DNA of 64,000 nucleotides, taken from the sequence record PZ445489.1; one strand, written 5' to 3'. The notes beneath the pieces were generated by a model, which was not told the DNA's origin, did no database searches, and was given only the letters and a program-made list of their open reading frames with translations. Source of the stretch: a phage. Of the stretch, positions 59,964 through 64,000 are shown in pieces. Numbering within the stretch: the first letter of the stretch is position 1; the number at the start of each line of letters is the position of its first letter. The position numbers were made by a program, and so were the translations under genes.

Positions 59964-60665
59964 ATGAAAGTAAAACCATTTGGTATGCTAGATATTGAAT
60001 CTCTAGGAACTCCGGGAGATTGTGGTACTACTCATATTGTAATGCCTTCTTTCGCTTTTGTGGCTATGCATGGGATTGATAAAGACCCTGATCTAGTGTT
60101 TGTTACTTTAGATGTACAAGATCAGCTTAATTCTGGAGCTAAAGTTACGGCATCTACTCTAGCATTCTGGATGGATCAAGCTAAACATAGCCCGTCTGCT
60201 ATCCACATTATGGAAGCTATGAAGGAACGTAATCCAAAACTGATTGCCTTCCAAAATGGTAAACATCATTGCACTAATAAACTCGGCTCTAACTATGCTG
60301 CCTTCTCTATGGCTAAAAACATTATGGAATTGGCTCTAGGCGACAATGCTTTGTACTATGGCAATGGCCCAGAGTTTGATATGACTATCTACTCTGCAAA
60401 TACGTTCCATGCTGGAACCAATGAAGAGGTAGTTCCGTGGAAATTCTGGAATTTGGGCAATGTTCGATCTCTTCGTAATCTCTGGATGCAAGCTGGATAC
60501 AGTTATAAGGCTCTAGAGACCGAAGGTATTAGCTGGGCAATAGCTAAAATGGAGAAGATGGACACTATTCGTTATGGGATCTATCCGGTTAAGCATGATC
60601 CTGCATTTGATGCCTTAGTTGAAAGCTATTGTGTTGCAGCTATGATCGAAAAAATGAAAATTTGA
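59964..60665 (+). CDS. DEDDh-family 3'-5' exonuclease (DexA-like)
   Basis: 233 aa; N-terminal MLDIESLG (D-x-E) and C-terminal HDPAFDA (H-x4-D). Confidence 0.55.
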   Translation: MKVKPFGMLDIESLGTPGDCGTTHIVMPSFAFVAMHGIDKDPDLVFVTLDVQDQLNSGAKVTASTLAFWMDQAKHSPSAIHIMEAMKERNPKLIAFQNGKHHCTNKLGSNYAAFSMAKNIMELALGDNALYYGNGPEFDMTIYSANTFHAGTNEEVVPWKFWNLGNVRSLRNLWMQAGYSYKALETEGISWAIAKMEKMDTIRYGIYPVKHDPAFDALVESYCVAAMIEKMKI

Positions 60666-60666
60666 T

Positions 60667-60695
60667 TTGCTTCCGGCCCCAAAATTCTGTATAAT
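60667..60695 (+). promoter_or_regulatory. Early sigma70-type promoter
   Basis: TTGCTT-17 nt-TATAAT with downstream TTCATAAATTTGAGA box. Confidence 0.65.
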
Positions 60696-60735
60696 ATATT
60701 CATAAATTTGAGAAAACAATAAAAGGAAAACAAAT

Positions 60736-60918
60736 ATGCCAGTATCTAAAAATGTTCGTAAAAATGGTAAGAAAGCTACTCGTAATCTGGGTATCCGTCG
60801 TATGGCTGAACGTCAATCAGGTATCCAGAAAATCTTTGATCTGCTAAATCGTGCTAATCCTAAAATTGATAACAGTAACGATACTGTTCTGCGCACTCTG
60901 CTGGCAATTGGTCTGTAA
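60736..60918 (+). CDS. Hypothetical small basic protein
   Basis: 60 aa ORF directly after promoter. Confidence 0.4.
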   Translation: MPVSKNVRKNGKKATRNLGIRRMAERQSGIQKIFDLLNRANPKIDNSNDTVLRTLLAIGL

Positions 60919-60971
60919 TAGACCAAATTTAAACAAATTCAAATCTCAAACTTCATATAAGGAAGCAAATA

Positions 60972-61610
60972 ATGACTACTCGTATCTCTAAAACTCGCGC
61001 TCTGGCAACTATCAAATCTCTGGAAGCTAAAATCCGTAAAGCTACTGAACAACAGCTTCTGATCGCTGTTGGTGAAGGTAAGGATAAAAATAAGGTTGTA
61101 GTTGGCGCTGCAATCGAAGTAGACGATCTATCTGCTCGTATTAAGGCAGATTTCCAGTCTCTGCTGGATATGATGTCCCAGCGTGATCGTATCAAAGCTG
61201 CTCTGATTAAGAGCAATGCGGAAACAATCGTTGAGATTGGCTCTCGTAAGATGACTGTTGCGGAAGCAATTGAAGCTAAGCGTTCTATGGAACTTAAAGC
61301 TCAACTGCTGGCTAACATGCGTAAGCAGTTCCATGCTGCTACGGTTAAGTTTAACACGCAGAAAGTACAGTTTGATGCTAAATATGAGCGTTTGCAGGAT
61401 AGCATGGCTACCCGCGATAAGAAAACTTCCGAAGATGAAGTTAAAATGCAGCTCAACCTGCTGGAACTCAAGAATACTCCATTCTTGATTGATCCGCTGG
61501 AACTGGAGAAGCTGATTAAGCAGCATGACGAGGAATATCAGGACTTTGCAACAAATGTTGACTTTGTTCTGTCCGAGTCTAACGCCTCTACCTTCATTGA
61601 AGTAGAGTAA
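60972..61610 (+). CDS. Hypothetical protein (coiled-coil rich)
   Basis: 212 aa, host-optimal codon usage, AGGAAG RBS. Confidence 0.5.
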   Translation: MTTRISKTRALATIKSLEAKIRKATEQQLLIAVGEGKDKNKVVVGAAIEVDDLSARIKADFQSLLDMMSQRDRIKAALIKSNAETIVEIGSRKMTVAEAIEAKRSMELKAQLLANMRKQFHAATVKFNTQKVQFDAKYERLQDSMATRDKKTSEDEVKMQLNLLELKNTPFLIDPLELEKLIKQHDEEYQDFATNVDFVLSESNASTFIEVE

Positions 61611-61993
61611 TAATTTAAAAGCTAGTAAATCGGTAGACGAAAGCCCAAGCATCTTACCTCGCAGCAGCGGTTGAAATACGAGGTTAAATAAGACCGCTGA
61701 CCATACTATAAGGTATAATCTATTGGAGATTATGTTTATTACATCAGACATTTAATCTGACACGTAAAAACAAAGCGTCGTTGATATTACCGACACAACT
61801 TCAAAGATCAACATTTAAGTATGAAAGCTGAAAAGTTTAAAGAACTCAAACTTCTAAACTTCTAAAGCTAAAAGATGCAAAGTATTCGTTGATGATTCAA
61901 ACCCTAGATCAAAGGTACATGGCTCATAAGATATGGCCTGTGGCGCCTCTAGGCTGTTTATCGGTTTACTAGTTTCACAATTTAAAAATGTAT

Positions 61994-62022
61994 TTGCTAA
62001 TTTACTAAATTATATGTATAAT
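61994..62022 (+). promoter_or_regulatory. Early sigma70-type promoter
   Basis: TTGCTA-17 nt-TATAAT. Confidence 0.6.
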
Positions 62023-62052
62023 ATATTTTTAAATTGATGAAACGAGGCTATT

Positions 62053-62370
62053 ATGACTTTTCATATTTTGATTGATGATGTGCGTAATCTTCACGGAATG
62101 GACATTATCATTCGAACCCCAGAAGCCGCTGTCGAGTTTCTGAATAAAACTGATACCACAGGCCACTTCGTTTATATGGATAATGACTTGGCTGTAGATG
62201 GTATGGAAGGTTATCAAATTCTTCGTTTACTCTTAGAATTTGGGCAGAGACCAAAGAAAGTGGTACTAGTAACCTCGAACCCAGTAGCTAAGCAACATAT
62301 GCGTAATGATTTGCTTGACTTAGGGTACAAAGAAAACCCCAATCGTGTTGAATATGATTGGCAGGAGTAA
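62053..62370 (+). CDS. Standalone receiver (REC/CheY)-like domain protein
   Basis: 105 aa; ILIDDV, VYMDNDL...GMEGYQIL and VVLVTSNP segments resemble response-regulator receiver motifs. Confidence 0.4.
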   Translation: MTFHILIDDVRNLHGMDIIIRTPEAAVEFLNKTDTTGHFVYMDNDLAVDGMEGYQILRLLLEFGQRPKKVVLVTSNPVAKQHMRNDLLDLGYKENPNRVEYDWQE

Positions 62371-62375
62371 AAAGA

Positions 62376-62825
62376 ATGAAGGCAGCTTTGCTTTTAGTAG
62401 CTGCCCTTACCTTCAGCTTTAGTAGTCAGGCATCGCACGATGCAAAAGAAATAGATTGCATTGCTAAAAATATCTATTTCGAAAGTCGTGGTGAGGGCAT
62501 AAAGGGAATGACGGCGATTGCACACGTTACTAAAAACCGTGTAAACTCCGGTAAATTCCCAGATTCCTACTGTAAAGTAGTATATCAGTCTAACCAGTTC
62601 TCTTGGGTATCTAAGAGACCAAAAGTTGATAAAACTGATGAGGCTTGGCAAACCGCTAAGAATTTAGCTAGAGTGATATACTACGTTGATTTACCACAAG
62701 ATCCTACACATGGAGCACTATACTTCCATAGTGGTAAAGATAAACCTTACTGGACAAAGAAGTTTAAGAAAACAACTAAGATTAAGGGACATACGTTTTA
62801 TAAACCTGTTGTCACTAAAACTTAA
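62376..62825 (+). CDS. Secreted cell-wall hydrolase-like protein (SleB-type) with signal peptide
   Basis: N-terminal MKAALLLVAALTFSFSSQA signal peptide; IAKNIYFESRGEG...AIAHVTKNR...QFSW core; AGGAG RBS. Confidence 0.55.
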   Translation: MKAALLLVAALTFSFSSQASHDAKEIDCIAKNIYFESRGEGIKGMTAIAHVTKNRVNSGKFPDSYCKVVYQSNQFSWVSKRPKVDKTDEAWQTAKNLARVIYYVDLPQDPTHGALYFHSGKDKPYWTKKFKKTTKIKGHTFYKPVVTKT

Positions 62826-62833
62826 AAATTTAC

Positions 62834-62862
62834 TTGCTTAAATACTTAAATTTCCGTATAAT
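62834..62862 (+). promoter_or_regulatory. Early sigma70-type promoter
   Basis: TTGCTT-17 nt-TATAAT. Confidence 0.6.
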
Positions 62863-62893
62863 ACTTCCATAAATTAATGAGAGGAAGCGAAAT

Positions 62894-63063
62894 ATGAAAT
62901 CAGTTGTAATTATTGGTGTTAACACTCGCGGTATTCGTACTACGAAAATTGTTAAAACTTCTAACGTTGCTGAGATCACTACGAACCCTAAAAAGTTTGA
63001 TTTCGCCAAAGTCTCAGCAGTTATGACAGAACAATCTTTTAACCAAGCGTTAGGAATGAAATA
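62894..63063 (+). CDS. Hypothetical small protein (56 aa, below ORF-track cutoff)
   Basis: ATG with GAGGAAG RBS after promoter; stop overlaps next ATG. Confidence 0.3.
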
Positions 63064-63507
63064 ATGGAAGAGAATATTTTAGATGTTTTGCGTAGAGCTT
63101 TGCAGGATTCTAAGTTTAATGGTTCTGATAAAGAAGTCGCTAAAAGCTATCAGACCATAATCGGGGATCTTCAGCGTATTAATAAAGATTTCATCACTTC
63201 TGAACAATTTGTGTCTTATCTCAAAGCTCAACTAAAAAGCATTAACCAGATGAAAGCTAAACTTCATGGTCAAGATCTTGATAGTTATAGCTTGCAGTCC
63301 GCTCAGTATGAGTACATTCTAAATAAGTGGTTGCAGGAGTATCTGCCCCCTCAGTTATCTGATACTGAGATTCGTAAATACTTTGCAGAATTAGTTAAGC
63401 TAAACCCTGGAATTACAAAAGGTATGCTGATGAAAGCGATTAAGGAAGAATTTCCTGGGCGTTATGATGGTGGTACTGCTGCTCAGATTGCTGGTGAATT
63501 TAATTAA
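63064..63507 (+). CDS. GatB/YqeY-domain-like protein
   Basis: 147 aa; C-terminal GMLMKAIKEEFPGRYDGGTAAQIAGEF resembles YqeY-type segment. Confidence 0.45.
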   Translation: MEENILDVLRRALQDSKFNGSDKEVAKSYQTIIGDLQRINKDFITSEQFVSYLKAQLKSINQMKAKLHGQDLDSYSLQSAQYEYILNKWLQEYLPPQLSDTEIRKYFAELVKLNPGITKGMLMKAIKEEFPGRYDGGTAAQIAGEFN

Positions 63508-63515
63508 AAATTTAT

Positions 63516-63544
63516 TTGCTAAATGCTTATAAATTCTGTATAAT
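63516..63544 (+). promoter_or_regulatory. Early sigma70-type promoter driving an ORF-free region
   Basis: TTGCTA-17 nt-TATAAT with downstream TTCATAAATTAGAGAAC box; no ORF of at least 60 aa follows on + strand to window end. Confidence 0.6.
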
Positions 63545-64000
63545 ATATTCATAAATTAGAGAACAGCGAGCCGATTACGCTGAACTTGTCTTAATGTAAG
63601 ATGCGTCGAGCACTAAGATTCGTTGAATAGAGTCGGTAGGTTAGTTGTAAAACTAGTACACAGGGGGCGGCAATCCCGGTTAGTGGCTAGAACGTGTAAA
63701 ATGAGGCGTCTGAAACCTCTCCCCTAAACTCTTCTCTAATTTATAAATAGTGGGGTGTGGAAATCACTTATGTAGTAACACTGCCGTCCTAGTATAATTG
63801 GTATTATCAAGCCGTAACTGGTGGAAGATATAGATTCGAATCCTACGGTCGGTAAGAACTGGATAACTGATGCTTTTAACGTAAAAGCTTCCGAGGTTAG
63901 TTGCGCACTGCCTAAACCACGCGGTAGTTGGTTCCAGGCTAACCAACCAGTCTGCTGAATAGTTTTATTACGATTTAACTATGTCCAGGCTAAAGAAGAA

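Noticed and set aside
63780-63860. Possible tRNA suggested by a GATTCGAATCC T-loop-like sequence
   Set aside because: Flanking bases do not form a 5-bp T-stem, and no complementary 7-bp acceptor stem lies at the expected distance on either strand. The sequence is a perfect palindrome rather than a T-arm. Needs tRNAscan-SE to exclude fully.
1-64000. Receptor-binding protein (pb5-like), holin/endolysin and terminal repeat features expected in a T5-like genome
   Set aside because: Not found in this window. They are presumably encoded outside it (upstream of the terminase or further into the early region), so no call is made.

Overview
The window reads as one contiguous segment of a T5-like (Tequintavirus-type) siphophage genome, in reverse orientation to the usual T5 map. 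All calls rest on by-eye motif recognition and gene order; no database search was run. Positions 1-23189 (+ strand) carry the late structural module: large terminase, an HNH-like ORF, portal, Ig-domain decoration protein, prohead protease, major capsid precursor, tail tube, tape measure, distal tail protein, baseplate hub, pb4-like protein, collar protein and an L-shaped tail fibre with a C-terminal chaperone domain. Positions 23247-44881 (- strand) carry the replication/recombination module: dUTPase, flap endonuclease, SbcCD-like pair, helicases, family A DNA polymerase, primase, a split NAD-dependent ligase, PC4-like protein and a large Walker A/B ATPase, with a promoter matching my recollection of T5 PN25 at 41837-41865. 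Positions 45486-50647 (- strand) hold a tightly coupled early operon ending in anaerobic RNR (nrdD). Positions 51000-63507 (+ strand) hold nucleotide-metabolism genes (phoH, nrdA, an HNH insertion, nrdB, DHFR, thyA, RNase H) and many small early genes, each behind a near-identical strong sigma70-type promoter. No canonical tRNA, rRNA or CRISPR array could be supported. The best candidate for something undescribed is the early operon at 45486-48673: a Sir2-like protein lacking the zinc-ribbon cysteines, a HAD-like phosphatase and two tandem paralogous small proteins. Other leads are two promoter-driven ORF-free regions (44960-45380 and 63545-64000), a 440-bp repeat-rich gap (61611-62052) and a standalone receiver-like protein (62053-62370).
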